From the NCBI GenBank assembly GCA_036172245.1, contig JAYWIR010000106.1, forward strand, positions 62,001 to 126,000: DNA of 64,000 nt. Direction: 5' to 3'. Below, piece after piece: positions 1-13,780 of the stretch (the first letter of the stretch is position 1; every line of letters starts with the position of its first letter). A program made the translations under genes and the position numbers. The notes below the pieces were generated by a model, which did no database searches, was not told the DNA's origin, and worked only from the letters and a program-made list of their open reading frames with translations. This DNA is from Raillietiella orientalis (Eukaryota).

Positions 1-561
1 ATTCGATCACGAAGGACCTCTCGGTGGTCATCCATCTAACCGGAATAAAGCTGCAAATAACTGAGGAAACCATCCGCAACGAATTGAACGAATTCGCAAC
101 GATACACGCGCTGTGGACAAAGCCCACTCCCACCGTCGAGTTGGACGGACTTCTCCGCGATGTGGCGGTAGCGAGAGTGGCCGTCCACGAGAAGCGTAGT
201 TGCTTCACAAAACTACAAGCCATCGGGGAATCGGTTAACGTGCGGTACGTGAGGAAACCCAGGTACTGTGGCTTTTGCAACATTCGGGCCACATGAAACA
301 GAGGTGCCCGAACTCGCCGTGCCAACAGTGCAAATGTAAGGGGCACATAGGTCAGGTGGACCCCCAAAATGAAGTCCGAGTAGCGTCTGACAGGATGCGG
401 GAAAAGCGCACCGCGAAAAAATTCAAAAAATTCACAGTGAGAACCGCCACTAAGTACGTGACCACCACACCAACGGCCACAGGCGACACCGAGACCGCGG
501 TGGAAAATGTCCCAAACGTCGACAATAACGGCCACCATCCTGGTTGACAAGTGGTCCAGTT

Positions 562-3500
562 CGAAAAGAAAAATCAAGAAACAATAAAATGTCGGGAACT
601 GGAGGAAAAGGACAGTAAATAAAGACAAAAAGATATGGCTGGGGGAAACAGGGGTCGTTGGATTCGGCCGTTCCTTCCTTTCAGAATCGGCCTTGAAGAT
701 TTCCTTCCTCCTTCTGGAAGATGAGGCCAGCTGGCAGTCGTCGTCATCTTGACGTCGGCGATTGCGAATGAACATCTGGTGTGACCGGTGACCGACAAGT
801 TGCTGTGACGTAGTAAACCGTAAGGCTCACCACAGAAAAAACGTGATGTCCTTTTATTCTTGGGAATGAATCCCTTGGAAAATCCTGGTGGGAATGCTGC
901 CTCGTGCAAATGTGTTTTTGTTTCGCTCCGTGCAAGTACGCTCAGGTTACGTTTATGCGGAGTTTTGGGGTCGTTTGAAGGCAGAAATGCCGGATAACGC
1001 CGCCTGTATGGCGAAGGGAGACGAGGGAATCTTTGCTTCCAAGTGGATTCTATGTTTCCCTACTGTCCTTCTCTGCCTATTGGGGCAGACTTCAGGCGTC
1101 TCGAATTGTTGAGCAGCTGCGAGTGGACTTCCTGCTCCGCACTAGTCCACTCGTCCCATTTGGTGGCAAGATCCAGGATTTGTCACACGTCCAGCAGATC
1201 CACGGATCGCTCGAGCGATTTTCTCGCCGCCCCGCCCTTGTCTCGTGGTCGGCACAGCAGTTTTAGTCTGACGCGCAGCTTGAACTCTTTCCAAATTATT
1301 TTTCCCTGCAGTTCCACCTCCTCGCTCGTTGGTTCATCCAGTCGTCAGAAGGCCTCTCTGAAGAGCACCTTGGGAAGGAGGACACCGTTACACAGGTTTG
1401 CCCTCTGCATTAGGCAAACGTCGAGTCCGACGTTGTTTGCAGCCTCTTCTCTCTTTCACCCTAGGATTTCTTTACACATCTATTGCAAAGCCGAGGCGTC
1501 GGCAATGTGGATTCCCAGGTACTTGATGTCGTCCACCACTCGGAGTCCTGTCTCCGTTGAGGCGGATCGGTGCAGGATTCCGATGGGCAATTGCTGGGAT
1601 TTCTGGGGATTGATCTTCAAGTTCAGGCTTCTCCCCATGGACTCGACGACAAAGAGGACCGCGTGCTGATCCCTCTCTACCTTCAGGAAGAAAAGGAGAT
1701 CGTCGGCATACACCAGGTGCATCAGTCTGTCCTCGTCTAGTCTAAGTCCTTGCAAACGGCCGCCACAGTGCATCAGTGACAACACTGCCTTTATGGACAC
1801 CAGGAACAGCATCGAACTAAAAGCGTCTCCTTGGCAGATATTCCTTTCCATCCGTATGACAGACGTGTCTTGCCCGTTGATGGTTATCCTGAAGTAGTGT
1901 TCTTCTGGATTCTTCTCCATGTAGTCGCCGAAGTATTCCGGTAAGCCCAGTTTCCTCAAAATCTTCAGAAGAAGCATCCCATGGTCCACGATGTCAAACG
2001 CCTTCTCCATATCCATGCAACCCAGCACCAGGTTGTCGGCGACGTAGCGACTGTAACCTATGGTGGCCTGAGCATACTTCACGTTGTCAGACATGCTGCG
2101 TCCGGGCATCGCGCAAGTCTGCATTGGAGAGATGACAAATGAGGGCGTCTTGCTCAAGCGGTTGGCTCAGATCCTGGGCAGCAACTTGGCATCCGTGTTC
2201 AAGATGGAGATGGGTCGCCATTGGGTGACCTTGGTCAGATCTCCATTTGGCAGCCTCATCCTGCTCTCGTGGAACGACTCGGGGATCCTTTGTTCTTCGT
2301 GAATGCGAAGCAGCAGCTCGTGAAGCAACCGCAGGTGGACGTATCGCTGATAGTGCGAGATGGGCACTCAATCAGAGCCTGCAGCCACTTCCTTGCGGAG
2401 TCCTCCAAACGCCTGCTTCTCTTCTTCCATCGAGATTTCCTCTTCTAGTCTTTACTGCTGTTGTCTGGTAAGTCTCTTCTGTAGGTGTCGAAGGAAAACC
2501 TCTTGCTCAGCTCTGTACAGATCTCGACGTCGAAAGTGGGAGGTGTAATGCTGGTGGAACGCCTCCGTTTTTTCTACCGACTTCTGTCTTAGCTGGTCTC
2601 CGTGCTGGATGCAGAAGATATCCGTCGCCAGAAGGTTTTTTTCCTGCACGCCTATTTCTCCTTTGACGTTGCGAAGACGTACCGGCTTTCGTACTGGACC
2701 CAGTACCTGTAGAGCGGGCGATCTTGGATGTTTAGCTGCCGGTACGCTTCCGGTCTCATCTTCCTGTTTCCAAATTGCGCGTTGCAAAATATGTGAGTGG
2801 ATGGGCTTCCACTTGTTCCAGTACTCGACCCTGCGAATGGTGTCTCTCATGAGGATCGTTTCCATCAATTTCTGGAGACAAAGAAGCGTTTCGAACCTGG
2901 TGGGCATGCAGGTGAGCGCTGCTTAGGTGTTAGTCTGCTTTCGCTGGTTCTTGGTTCTCGGACGGTGTTGGCAATCCTGTTTTTGATGAGGATCGCAACT
3001 TCCTTTGTCTGCCTCTCTCCCGAGCTCAGAAACAGCATAGCATCCAGTCGCCTTCCGGGTTCGTGTCAGATCTGGTCACCCGTCTCGTGGGTCTCTTGCA
3101 GGCAGATGATGTCGTTACGCTGGATGGTTTGAGTGATCCTTCTTCTCTTCTCCTGGTTTCACATCCAATTCACGTTCCAGGAGGAATCTTGATGCTCCTG
3201 GTGGAAAATAGGAAGGAAGCTATGGGAAATTACTTTTTTCTTCTCAGTGTTTTCGTCATTTTCTGCTTGGAAGACGCCGAGGACTTCCCCAAAGGAGCTC
3301 CCCCTTCTCTCCCTCCGACTTTACGTAGTCCGTGATGTCTTCGGCAGGGATTCCTTCTCTGGAGAGTGCTTCTCGGCCAGCACGTCTGGTTGGCTTTACA
3401 GGGAGCTTTTCCTCTTTTTCCAAAGCAACGGTTCTGGATTTCACAGTCTTCAGGATGTCCTCCACTTAGACTTCCATGCGGTCGATCACGGCGGTGGCAT

Positions 3501-4793
3501 GGATTTCCTCCCGGGGGGATGAAACGAAGAGCAGCGCATCCTTCTGTTCCTCGTCCGTATTATGCGGGCAGTTGACCTCTCCGTGGGTGAGTGCGTCTCC
3601 TCCCAAATCTAACCTCTGTTGCTTTTTCCTTTTAGTTGCGCCCAATTCCTCTGGCGCTACTGAAACTGGAGAAAGCTCTTTGCTCGCGGCTTTCCTCTTC
3701 TTTTTTTTTTTCTTCTGCACTTCTGTAGAGATTGCGGCTGCTGTTGAGCTGAGATTCTCGCTTCTCCTTCTTGCTCCTTGAGTTGAACTGCAGGGAGTGG
3801 GGCTGGTCCCTAAGCCACGAGCCACTTGGAAAACCTCGGTCATTTCCTCTTGATGTGCCCGACTCTTTGCAGTAATAGCACTGCGGGGGCCTTGTGCAAG
3901 CTATGATGAAGTAGCCCTGCTGACCACATTTAAAACAGAGTGCTCTTCGGTAAGCGCCTATCCGATGCCCAAACTGCTTGCATCCCGCGCAGAACGCGGG
4001 TTGCACGCGGTAACGCACGTTTTGGGAGTATCCGCCTCTGCAGACTCCTCCTGGGATCCTCGTGTCCTCAACGAGTTTTATCTTGGACAACGCCTCACCT
4101 GTAAACACTTCCGCTATCGAATTGCGGAAAAACACCTTTCGCACTTCACCGTACTGCGAGAGAGTTCCACACGACCTCTCTCTTATTCCCGATAGGACTA
4201 CCTAGGTGTGGCTTGCCTCTCCCATGCCTCGCAAGTGGCGTCCATTGGTGACAATTCCGTGTTCCAGTTTCCCAATTCCCTGTTCCTCATCTATCGTGTA
4301 GATTGTTAAGCCAATGCCACTCGGGATGATGGCTTTAATATCTTTAAATTTGACGTTTCTTTCATGCGAGGAGACGTATATATCGCAGATGTTTATTTTA
4401 AGAAGGCCTGTTTTGAAGGCCACCATTTTGACCTCCGCATCCATTTTCCATACGGGTTCTGTGACCCTTTTGATTTCAAAAATGGCGGGCTCCGTTCTCC
4501 TCGCCATTGTTACGGACGACGCATTCGAATTTGTTGGCAGCGTCGGCGTGACCGCTGCGTACTACCGGAGCGGGGCGTTGCTCGGCAACGCTACCACGGT
4601 CACCTCATAGGAGAGTGCTGGTGAGCACGTCTCGGTGGTGTTATGCTGTGTTCCTATTGGCAACGATCCACTAGAGTTTCCTCCCTCTCCAGCTGTGTCT
4701 CTGTTCAAGAGTTCACTCGTTAGGGAAGGGCACGCAAAGGGCACTCTGTTCATCCACTTTCCCTTTACACTTCTTCCGTCTCCTTCTATCACT
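562..4793 (-). mobile_element. Mirror copy of the L1/Tx1-like element (RT ORF 1480-2157)
   Basis: Inverted duplicate of 49170-53400; an extra T in the run near 3701-3711 frameshifts ORF1. Confidence 0.92.
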
Positions 4794-5049
4794 TGGTTGA
4801 CACTTTATTGATTTTTTTCACAACGACTCCACAGGAGGAAAAAGAAGCATCAAAACGACGCGACCTTACAGCCGGAGAACAACGCTCCGACTGCCGAGGT
4901 CCTGTCCGGGAACTCCAGCCGTGGCCGCCTATGCCCACGACCTGCTTCTCCTGTTGCCCATGTCCACCTCGAGGATTTCTTGGAGCTGATTCCTCGGAGA
5001 GCGGCGCGAGCGTCAACAGGACGAAGTCCACGGTCGTTCCGGTTGACTA

Positions 5050-6245
5050 TACGTGGGAGGGGCATTCCAAATGGATCCTCCTGGTTATCCCCACGGGCAC
5101 GTGCTTTACGTGCCTTGGAGAGTGGCCAAGCTCGCCAGGACGAACACCTGGATCTCCTGCCGGTTCGTGAACGATAGTGCTTGGTTACAGGAAATCCTTG
5201 GCAAATGGGCCCAGAACAAGGAATTGAGCCCGGAGCTGGAGCAGCGACTGCTTCACTCCTTTTACAGCAGCCGCTCGCTGCAGGACGTCATCCTGTAGCC
5301 CTCCTTGCGTGAGTGGGCTGAAAGGATATCCCTAGCTGCGGCTCTGCCTCACCTCAGGGAGCACCTGGGCAGTAGCAACCTAGCCAAATGGGAGGTCTGT
5401 TGTGAAATCTCGGGAAGAGAGAAGTTACCAGGTAACTTCGGGTCGGTTAACTGACGCTGCGATCCCAAGTGCCCCACCGATGGGACTGTTGCGCTGAGAC
5501 GAGCTGCCGAGAATCTCGACGGAAGAACTCTAGTGGCAGCCAGCACTGAGGAAAAACCGGGACCTCCCCCTGAAGTGGTACGAGTCGGCATCCTGGTGTT
5601 GCACTGGGGACTCCCCAGAAACGCCCATCGATCCCACTGGACTTGGAGGGCTGCGAACCCAAACTGCGTCAGGTGCGGGGTATGGGAATCCCTCCAGCAC
5701 ATGCTCGTTGACTCTTTTGCCCTCCAGCTCTGTGGTTGCGTTTCGCAACGGTCCTAGGAGTACCAGTGAACGCTCCCAGAGACGTGTTCAAGAGTCTCTT
5801 TGTGCGCGATGCCATTTTGCCTGTCGCAGCCCTATCAGCCCTTTGCTGCCTATGTGGGATTGTAGAGGCCTGGAGCTACGGAACAACAGAACGGCACGAT
5901 AAGGACGCCATCTGCTTCGCTTTGGTCTTCCTGAGGACGGCAACTAGATGGCCTCATCTGGGGCATACACGGATGGAACTTGCCGGCATCCTAGAAAGGC
6001 TGTAGAGGACGGCCTGCAGTGGCACGTTATCCCTTCCCCAGCCCTCCCTGTTTTTGTAAATAGTGTTTCGTTTTATTTCTCTTTTTGTTTGTCCCCTCTC
6101 CCTCCGCTGCTGATTCGAATTTCGCCGGCCTGCATGCTGGTTACTCGGCAACTTCCAAACCCTTTCGGGAGTTGTAGGGCCGATGGCCCTACACATGTTT
6201 GTTTGTTCTTAAAATAAACGCCCCGGAACACGCGGGTGTTAAACG
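5050..6245 (+). mobile_element. 5'-truncated LINE 3' end; mirror 47718-48913 (-)
   Basis: C-terminal CVRCGVWESLQHML zinc finger, ELAGILER terminus, T-rich 3'UTR, AATAAA (6213) plus small hairpin. Homologous to 55200-56187 and 30710-31243. Confidence 0.8.
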
Positions 6246-6941
6246 ATCGACCAGCCCTCCGTTACGGGTAAAAGTCCTCCTATCGTTATAGAAATCTTTA
6301 AGAAACGCTGGGCAAGACTTGCGTCCTTGCAAGTCAGCCCTACGTGCTAACCCCCACATAAAACGGAGATATTTTCAGGTTCTTCCTTATTTACCTAATC
6401 TTCGCAACTCTCTCACGAAGGTGCGCAAAGTTTCACCAAGAAAAATGCAACCTATCTTATAAAGAAAGATAGGCTTGTTGCTCTGTGTCTTATAAGCGGT
6501 GACCTCTGCCACAGCTGTTGCAGATGCTGCGGCGGCCGCTGCTCACCAGCTCCTCACCCTCGGTGCCGAAGATTCCTTGGGGGCGACTACTCCCAACTTT
6601 GTATGCTGGAAAAAGGAAGTTGTCCCTCTCACCCCTATCTCCATCGCGGCATCCTGAGGCGTCCCTGTCATGGGACATTGGCGACATAACGCACAAAACA
6701 CGCACGGAAGAAAGGTTTTCGAAAGTTCGCTGACAATTGCGACAAAAACACGTCGGCTCGCGGTGGGATTCGGGTAGGGCATCCGTAACGAAAGAGCGTA
6801 CTTGAAAGCTTAACGTTACGCTGGAACCCTCAACTTCCGTCATCTGGCAGAGTACAGAGCCGAGGGCCAAGCCTAACAGTCCGGGTCAGGCAATTTGCTG
6901 GACGGACGACTAGGGCCGCAAGCGCGCGGCTCCGGGTACGA

Positions 6942-7014
6942 ATGGCGAATCTATGAATTGGCGAATTTATGGCGAATCTATGAATTGGCGAATTTATGGC
7001 GAATCTATGAATTG
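6942..7014. repeat. 27-bp minisatellite, about 2.7 copies; mirror 46949-47021
   Basis: Unit atggcgaatctatgaattggcgaattt repeated directly. Confidence 0.95.
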
Positions 7015-7019
7015 AGCAA

Positions 7020-7775
7020 TGGAGACAGGTGGTGGCTTCCGTAATTATCCCGAAGGAGACTCATGCTACTCTCGGGAGAAGTATGGATGCCTGTTCATCT
7101 CCAGTACGTGGTTTTACGCACATAGCGGTAGAAAACCAAAAGAGGGAATTGTCTACACCCCGAATTTCGGGGCGTCCACTGTTCAAGAGATGGACCGCCG
7201 GGCGGCAGCAGGAGCACTACCTTTCGGAGTGATTCTGAGTAAAGCATCCAACTGCGTGCACCAGGAGCTACTGGAGCTCCTTGATCTTGGTTGGCACCCC
7301 CAGGGACGTTTTACGGCTCCTTGTGAGGAACTCCCGGCAGCCAGCCGCAGCCCCAACAGCACTTCTCTTCACCCGTAAGACCGTGGCGATTTAGAGAGAA
7401 GCAACAGAGGAAGACAACAGAGGGACTTCATGCAGTTAGCAGTTCGCCTTCTGTGGATAGCGGCCAGATGGCTCCTGCATAAGGACGGTCATTATACGTA
7501 CGTACCTAGCCGGCATCCTGGGAAGAATGCACACTCACTCCAGTAAACAGATTCCCTCTTGACCGTCCAGGGTGTTCTTATTTATTTCTATTTATTCTTT
7601 ATTTTATTTTCATTTCTTTCCCATCTTCCTCCGCTGCCGAGGTGACAACGTCCGTCTGTGTACCGCCGATTTGGAAGGTTCAATGTGGAATCGGCTGTCG
7701 TAGGGCTACGTGCCCCATCACGAAACTTGTCAGTATACTGTTTTCCATAAACGCTTCGGCGTGACCAAGTGGCAA
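7020..7775 (+). mobile_element. Internally deleted LINE remnant (RT fragment plus 3' end); mirror 46188-46943
   Basis: ILSKASNCVHQELLELL resembles the RT KAFD region seen near 18300; lagilg-type terminus, T-rich UTR, ATAAA plus hairpin at 7747-7772. Confidence 0.6.
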
Positions 7776-7789
7776 CCCGAAAACCTAAG

Positions 7790-8955
7790 GAAAGGCGCAC
7801 TGGTTGTCTGAGAAGTATCTGACTGAGAGTTTTCAATTGTCCAGTCCACGTGCGTCTGCAGGTCGATCCTTCTCAGGAATTTGCGGAAGTGCTTCGCTTC
7901 TCATGCGCGGCTTAACCAGATTTTTGACAGGCTCCACGCTTGAAAGAGTGAGCCTTTGTCACGAGGATGTATTTGGAGCACATGCCGGGAGTAGCTGGAC
8001 AGCGCTCACCGTGCTGCTCTTGGATTTCCTACCCGCGACCACAAGTGATTGCCCGTGCTCGCGGGTAGGAAATCGAGAACTGTACGATGCTTTCGAACCT
8101 CTTGGCTTTCGCCGTCAATAATTCGCGCGTGTACATTGCCGCACTCATCTCGTTGACCAGATCGACTTGTCCGTTCGGAGCACCTGACAGCAGGCCGACG
8201 TTGAAATCCCCTGCTCACTCAATATGTACATTCAATATGTATATCCCCGTGTTCCCGCTCCGGTGGAAGCAAGAGGTTCTTGTATTTTTGCAATGGGGAT
8301 TACAGTGCGATTAGCGCAGACACCTGGTTTCCGGGAAGTTGTCTCAGCAAACTGTTCAAGCGGCTGAGCAATGGAAGCGCTCCTGCATTTCCGGCCGAAG
8401 TGCAGTGTCCTGGAGCACTTCTGGCGGAGACTGGCTTCGGCGACCCGCCAACCTCAGGATACCGCCAGGGACTTGTTGCAGCGCTTCTTCACCGTAGGCG
8501 GGCTTCGCAACAGTCTGTAGCACCCGGGCCACAGTGACAGCTTCCCGTTTACTGGAGGCTGTCACTGGAGTTTTGCCAGTTTACTAGAGTCGTGTGCACA
8601 GCGAAAGGAGGCCACCAGTTTGGCAGCAGTATTCATGACGAGAGCTGCAAGGATGCATCATCTGTCAGAATAATTGCCATAGAGATCGCCAAAATCCACA
8701 GCTGCATATAAAGTGGAAGGATCGTCTCATACCGAAGACCTCTGTCCCTGCTCTCCCGTCTTTTTTGATTTATTTATTGTCCCTTCGGTTTCCTTTTCCC
8801 CTTTGCTTCTGGAGCGGACAGTTGCCTCACCAATCTCCGCGTCGGTGATCGACAAGTTGGATGGACGTGGTAAACCAAGTGTTTTCTTACACTTTGACTT
8901 ATTCTATGTACTTTTATTTTTAATAATAAATTTCTGGCAAATCCAGGTGAAAAAC
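7790..8955. mobile_element. LINE remnant with inverted 5' part (APE on -, 3' end on +); mirror 45008-46173
   Basis: Minus-strand GDFN endonuclease motif near 8200; plus-strand LINE C-terminus and UTR with AATAAA (8925) and hairpin. Confidence 0.55.
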
Positions 8956-9689
8956 GTGAGTAACCTTCGGAGAGTATCTTTTAGAATTCTGGACAGGATG
9001 CTGAGGACGTCTCCCAGCGAGGTGTGATCCCATTCCCATCCCCCTCATTCTCTCTACAAAAATTTTCCCGTTTCCCTACTAAAGTGTTTTCTTCTTCCCT
9101 GTTTCCAGATCTATGTGCCGGTCGTGGCACGTTCAGAGCACGTGGTGCAACCAACTGTTTCCCTACACAATCATATGTAAGTGTATTTTCATTATTTTTC
9201 ACTACTACATGCCCCGTACGAACCGGGTGGAAAACTTAGAAGCCGGTCTGCATGCCGGTGGTTATCCCGAATGAACTTTTCTTTTTTGTTAGCTCATCTC
9301 TTTTATTCAGGGGATAATATTTCCCCCTAAACTATTTTTTTGAATAGACGTCCCGGAGAAACTGTGTGAAAACCTCATCGGCGTTTGAAGAGGATGGACG
9401 CGCGTTCCCGTCGTTCCGTGCGCCCTACTGATTCTTCGTTGTATCAGCGCGTGTCCTTAGTGGACGAATGGCATCTGCAGACGGAAAAGAGAACATGGCG
9501 AAGACTGTTTCCGTCCCCGCAATGGCAACGCTGCGTGTCACAACTCGTTTCACCGCCACAGAGAACTTTTGCCGGGTACGTCGCTGCCGCTACGGAAGCA
9601 CACGGTAGAGTGCCGAGTTGCAGGCGTACGTAGCCCATGGCTACAAGCCCACACTCAGGTATCAAGTAAGCTACCTTATGCTTGGGTGC

Positions 9690-12380
9690 GTTTTGGGCGC
9701 GAGCAGGGGAAAGAGCCCCATTGCGTAGGAGTTCGATGAGGATCTTCTCTCCCTCATGACCATCAGTGATAGAAGCTCTCCTGGAAGGACGCTCTACTTA
9801 CGCAGTGTTTGCTGCAGATGTCACTAACCATCGAGGGGTAGAAGATCGCCCCCACAGCAGAGATCCAATCTTTCGTGGTCCAGGCCCTGGATCAATCTTT
9901 CGTGGTCCAGTTGAGAAAGATAGGACCTCACATTGTGGATCGAAAACTGATTGTATTCCTGCGGCTCTTGGCCACCGTGCGCGCTTTATGGGAAACACCG
10001 AACCCTGCAAAAGGGGTCGAAGACGTCCACGGCGGACTCGACGCAGATCGAGTTACGGTGGCGAACCACCGCGTTATCACTGTACGACTGCGAGTTGACC
10101 AGACAGCGGTCCGCCTGTGGTTTGCAAGGAAACCGCCTGCGTGCAGTCAGTGTTGAAAGGAGGGACATAACATGATGAGGTGTTTCTCAGTCAATTGCTG
10201 CTACTGCCGCCAGCACGGGCACACCGAAGAAAGATGCCTGGAGCTCCTGGCAAAGAAAGAAAAAGGGAAAATAAAACCCAATAGCGGTGGAAGGAAAAAC
10301 ATCGTCTTGCGAGCGCAACGATCACAAATCCCGCCGCGTCCATGCGGAAGGATGGAAAACCAGATGGAAAAAAACGCTATGGGAGTTGAACGCGGGTCTT
10401 CGCGGAAGTCCAGTGTCGTGAGAACGCCGAAGAGAAAGGCAGGCCCTTCGATGAGGCTGCAATGGCTCGCTCGCTCGTTGCCGAAGAGAAGGAAGCTCGC
10501 ACATTCTCCATTCATCCGAAAAAACCTCGCAGAAAGGCTTCTGAGGCATTGAAGCATGACGACAGTCCACTCGACGGGTCGAAGCCAGTTGCTTGGGCAA
10601 AGTATGCAAGGAAGCTTCCTTCAGCGCTGCCAAGGTAGCGGAACCTCCGATGTCGAAGGTGATGTTGCTCCCTAACGCACGTTCCTCGCGGAAACCACAT
10701 GCGAACGTGGTTTGTGCCACAGCAGCATCCTTACTGGCCGCGAAGGCAACGCTGACCACTGACCAGAGACAGAACCTCTAACTTTCACGGAGGCAGAACC
10801 ATCTCCGAATGTCGAAGATTACTGCTGCTGTAACGAGTAGGTAGGAGCTTAAAAGAGGCGGAAGCAGTCTAAAATTACATAACCACAAAAGACCTTCTGA
10901 GAACAAACTTGCACAGAAAAAGGTTGCGGCACCTGCTTCCTGCGCTGTAGTCCGCATGCACAAGGAGCGGGTGGCTTCCGCTTTTGCTTAAGAAAAACAC
11001 TCTAGCCATGACAACAGAATGCGTTACAGGAAACGCAGCCAAAGTCATCGAGCAGACTCCCAGCATACTGCAACACAGGCAAAACTCCTCTCCGTCGCTC
11101 GGCAGTCGGATTCCGATCAGAAGCCTGACATCACATGAAGACAGTGCGAAAGCAGATCGAAAACGTGAGCGCCCCAGGAGAAGGCTTACAGGAGCCACTC
11201 TGTTGAGTGCGACACCCGCCGAGACAACCTCAGAGGTTGCTCCTCGCTTCTGAGCAATAAACAGTGAGCAGCATGCAGATGCTGGACACAAACTTGCTCC
11301 GGAACCTGCCGCGCTGTTTAGTGACCCCTCAAATGATGGAACGAGGAACACGCCATCGTCCTCCTAGCATGAATGTTGGAGTCTCTTTACTTCGGTGGTT
11401 CAGAGTAGACTATTGGATTCTCAACGGGTCCTACGCGACAGCGTGGCTAACCCAATGTGGCGTTTCGACTTGGCACCCCCGCAGGACATCCACAACTTCT
11501 CCGATGACTTGGTTGCCGGGCTCTCGCAGCGCTCAGGAGCTACACTGCCGGAGAAGCTCCGCACGAACTTCTGGAGTCAGGTTCGCCATGCATCTCAGGA
11601 TGGTGGAGCGGTACATAGCGCTCGCTTCGATTAAGAAGGACGAGTCGGCCATTTTGGGGTTCTCCAGTGGTGAGAATCGATCTCTTCGTGACGAACGACT
11701 GTACGCCAATCGGCTTCCATCGGAACATCGAAAGAATGAACTTCTTCTGTGCACTGGACAGCCGATGGCTCGCGATCTCCGAAGTAACGGTCCCATCTTG
11801 CTGCAGGGAACTTCAACGTCTACTTGCTTTCCAACTAGAGCACATCCCTGGCGAAAAGGAGTCGGATGAATGAGATATGCGCACGCCTAAATTGCACTCT
11901 AGCGAACCTGAAGTGGAAGGGTCCGTGGATCACATCTACTTTGATAAACACCTGCTCCTAAAAGCGAGGAGAGTCAGAGTGCAGTGCGCGCTCTACGGGC
12001 TTCCCAAGCTGCAGTTAGTGCTTCTCCAGGAAAGGAACTTCTGAACAGCTTTTGAAGGATGCCGGCGGACTGGCTTAGCCAACAGGAGGCGGCGGAGCAT
12101 CTTCGCCAGCACCTCCGCGGATTCGCCAGCCGTTAACTCGCGAATACATCCGCGAGTGCTGTCGGTTACCCTTGCATCTGCTTCCACGAAACTGTGGAGA
12201 TGTTATACCGTCACAGCCGCTCTAGAGAGTAAAATATGTACATGAACATTTGGAGGATTCATGAAGGAATCACTGCTGCTGGATAGCATCCTCTGCAGCC
12301 TTTGCAGAATGCCGGCAAGTTTTTGTTTGAAGATTTTATATTGGGGCCATCTTTACGCTGTCCTCAGGAAGACGATTGCA
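9690..12380 (+). mobile_element. Decayed LINE (ORF1 with zinc knuckles, deleted ORF2); mirror 41610-44273 (-)
   Basis: KPPACSQC.KEGH and CCYCRQHGHTEERC knuckles at about 10130-10240, then basic low-complexity ORF1 tail and ORF2-like remnants. Confidence 0.65.
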
Positions 12381-12464
12381 AAAAAATGACGTATCTATCC
12401 TTATGGACGCTTCTGTAGTTGCTCCATGCAACAACTATACCGCATAGGCAGCGAAGTGCTGCTA

Positions 12465-12870
12465 GAGATGAGGCTGGAGTGATGGATTCTCACTAGAAAA
12501 GGCGCTTCACAATGTCTCTGGGTTTGTTCTCGTGGTTCCGCAGAGAAGCGGTAAAACGTTCCTACAAAAGACAGAGGGCAACCCAATCCATGAGCAGGTG
12601 CAAGAGGAACTCTCTTACGCCGCACTCCCTCCAGTTGGTGCTTACATTCCCGCAGGTTCAGTTATAGAAGACGTTGCATGGGAGATCCCAATGCTTCAGA
12701 AGGATCTCCTACTCGTGCCACTTTGGGGGAAAAGGTTTCCACTGTGTTAGCACGCTGAAGAGCATTGCATCTTCTCCGGAAAAATTTCTAGTAGCTATCT
12801 CCATCGCAGCTCTCCTTTTGGGAGCAACACTCGGGGTGGTAGCATCTTCCGCACCCCAGTTGTTCACGCA
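12465..12870 (+). other. About 400-nt rod-like fold-back unit; mirror 41119-41524 (-)
   Basis: ggagatcc/ggatctcc (12681/12702), ggtgcaa/ttgcatc (12597/12765), tctgggt/actcggg (12517/12829), ctggagtg/caccccag (12474/12852). Confidence 0.78.
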
Positions 12871-12959
12871 CCTCCATTTCTTTTCTTATTATTAATTTTG
12901 CACGTTATCTAACAGTTTGCAGGAAGATCACTGCCTATTGCTATCCGTAGTGAGGTCTG

Positions 12960-13780
12960 CATTAAGGCATCGGGGGTGAACGACGCCCAAAGCAGATTCG
13001 TGGTGTCACCCAGGATCTCCTTCAACGATTGACGAGCGTATCTGCTGGTGCGCAGGCAGATGCGCTCGGCACGGGACGCAGCGAAAGCCTTCTTCTAGCC
13101 AATTCACGCCTCTGAGCTAGGACTGCCAATCTTCTTCCTTTCCTTCATCGCCTGCCACCATGTGCTGACGAGAAACGGCTAGCATCCAGAGTTTGCCCGG
13201 GAACAGCGTGAATCTTCTCCGGACTGATTACGGATTTCGCGACCCGTCCCAGTGTTTCAGCTTATACTTTGGCAGCAACTTGGTGTCCACATCACCATGG
13301 TGAGAGAACTCCGGTTCGTTAATTTCCTATGGTCTCCTTCCCTGCGCTTGTTGGCCGGAACGAGGCGGGAACGTCGCCATCATCCCGAATAATCGAGATA
13401 AAATTCTGTACTAGGGCAGGTCATCTCTTCCGTAAAGCATTAAATGATCTTACTGAGATGTAATGATAGCCATCGTAGCGAAGTATGTGAGCACCCTATG
13501 GTTGGTATATTCCCGTAGGCCTGTTAACCAGCCGTTTCGCTGGAACCGAAAGACTCGAGTCTTTCCTTTTGTGCTCCGGTCGAAATGTGAAAAGTGCGTC
13601 TTTTCCTCGGTCGAATGATCCCCATGGAGAAGTAGTACGGCTGTATGGCCTGCTGAGCCGCCGACTCTAGAGCCTGGCTAGAGGAAACTGTTGACAATAC
13701 GGTGGAGAAGTTCTGCCCGAACTGTCTGCGACTCGGCTGTTGCATCCGTTGCCCGCCGCAGCAGATTGTGGAGTTATAGC
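12960..13780 (-). mobile_element. Highly degenerate LINE RT fragment; mirror 40209-41029 (+)
   Basis: GDHRKLTNR..DVDTKLLPK and KKAF remnants match the RT N-terminus of the larger element. Confidence 0.5.

Noticed and set aside
1480..2157. RT as a retron, DGR or group II intron enzyme
   Set aside because: Flanked by APE and zinc-knuckle ORF1 with a WRPISILN motif, so it is a non-LTR retrotransposon RT.
6490..6870. Possible additional rod
   Set aside because: Complementary matches fall in inconsistent registers; a CRNC knuckle remnant suggests LINE ORF1 instead.
6942..7014. Short repeats resembling a CRISPR array
   Set aside because: Head-to-tail minisatellite with no unique spacers, no cas genes, and eukaryotic context.
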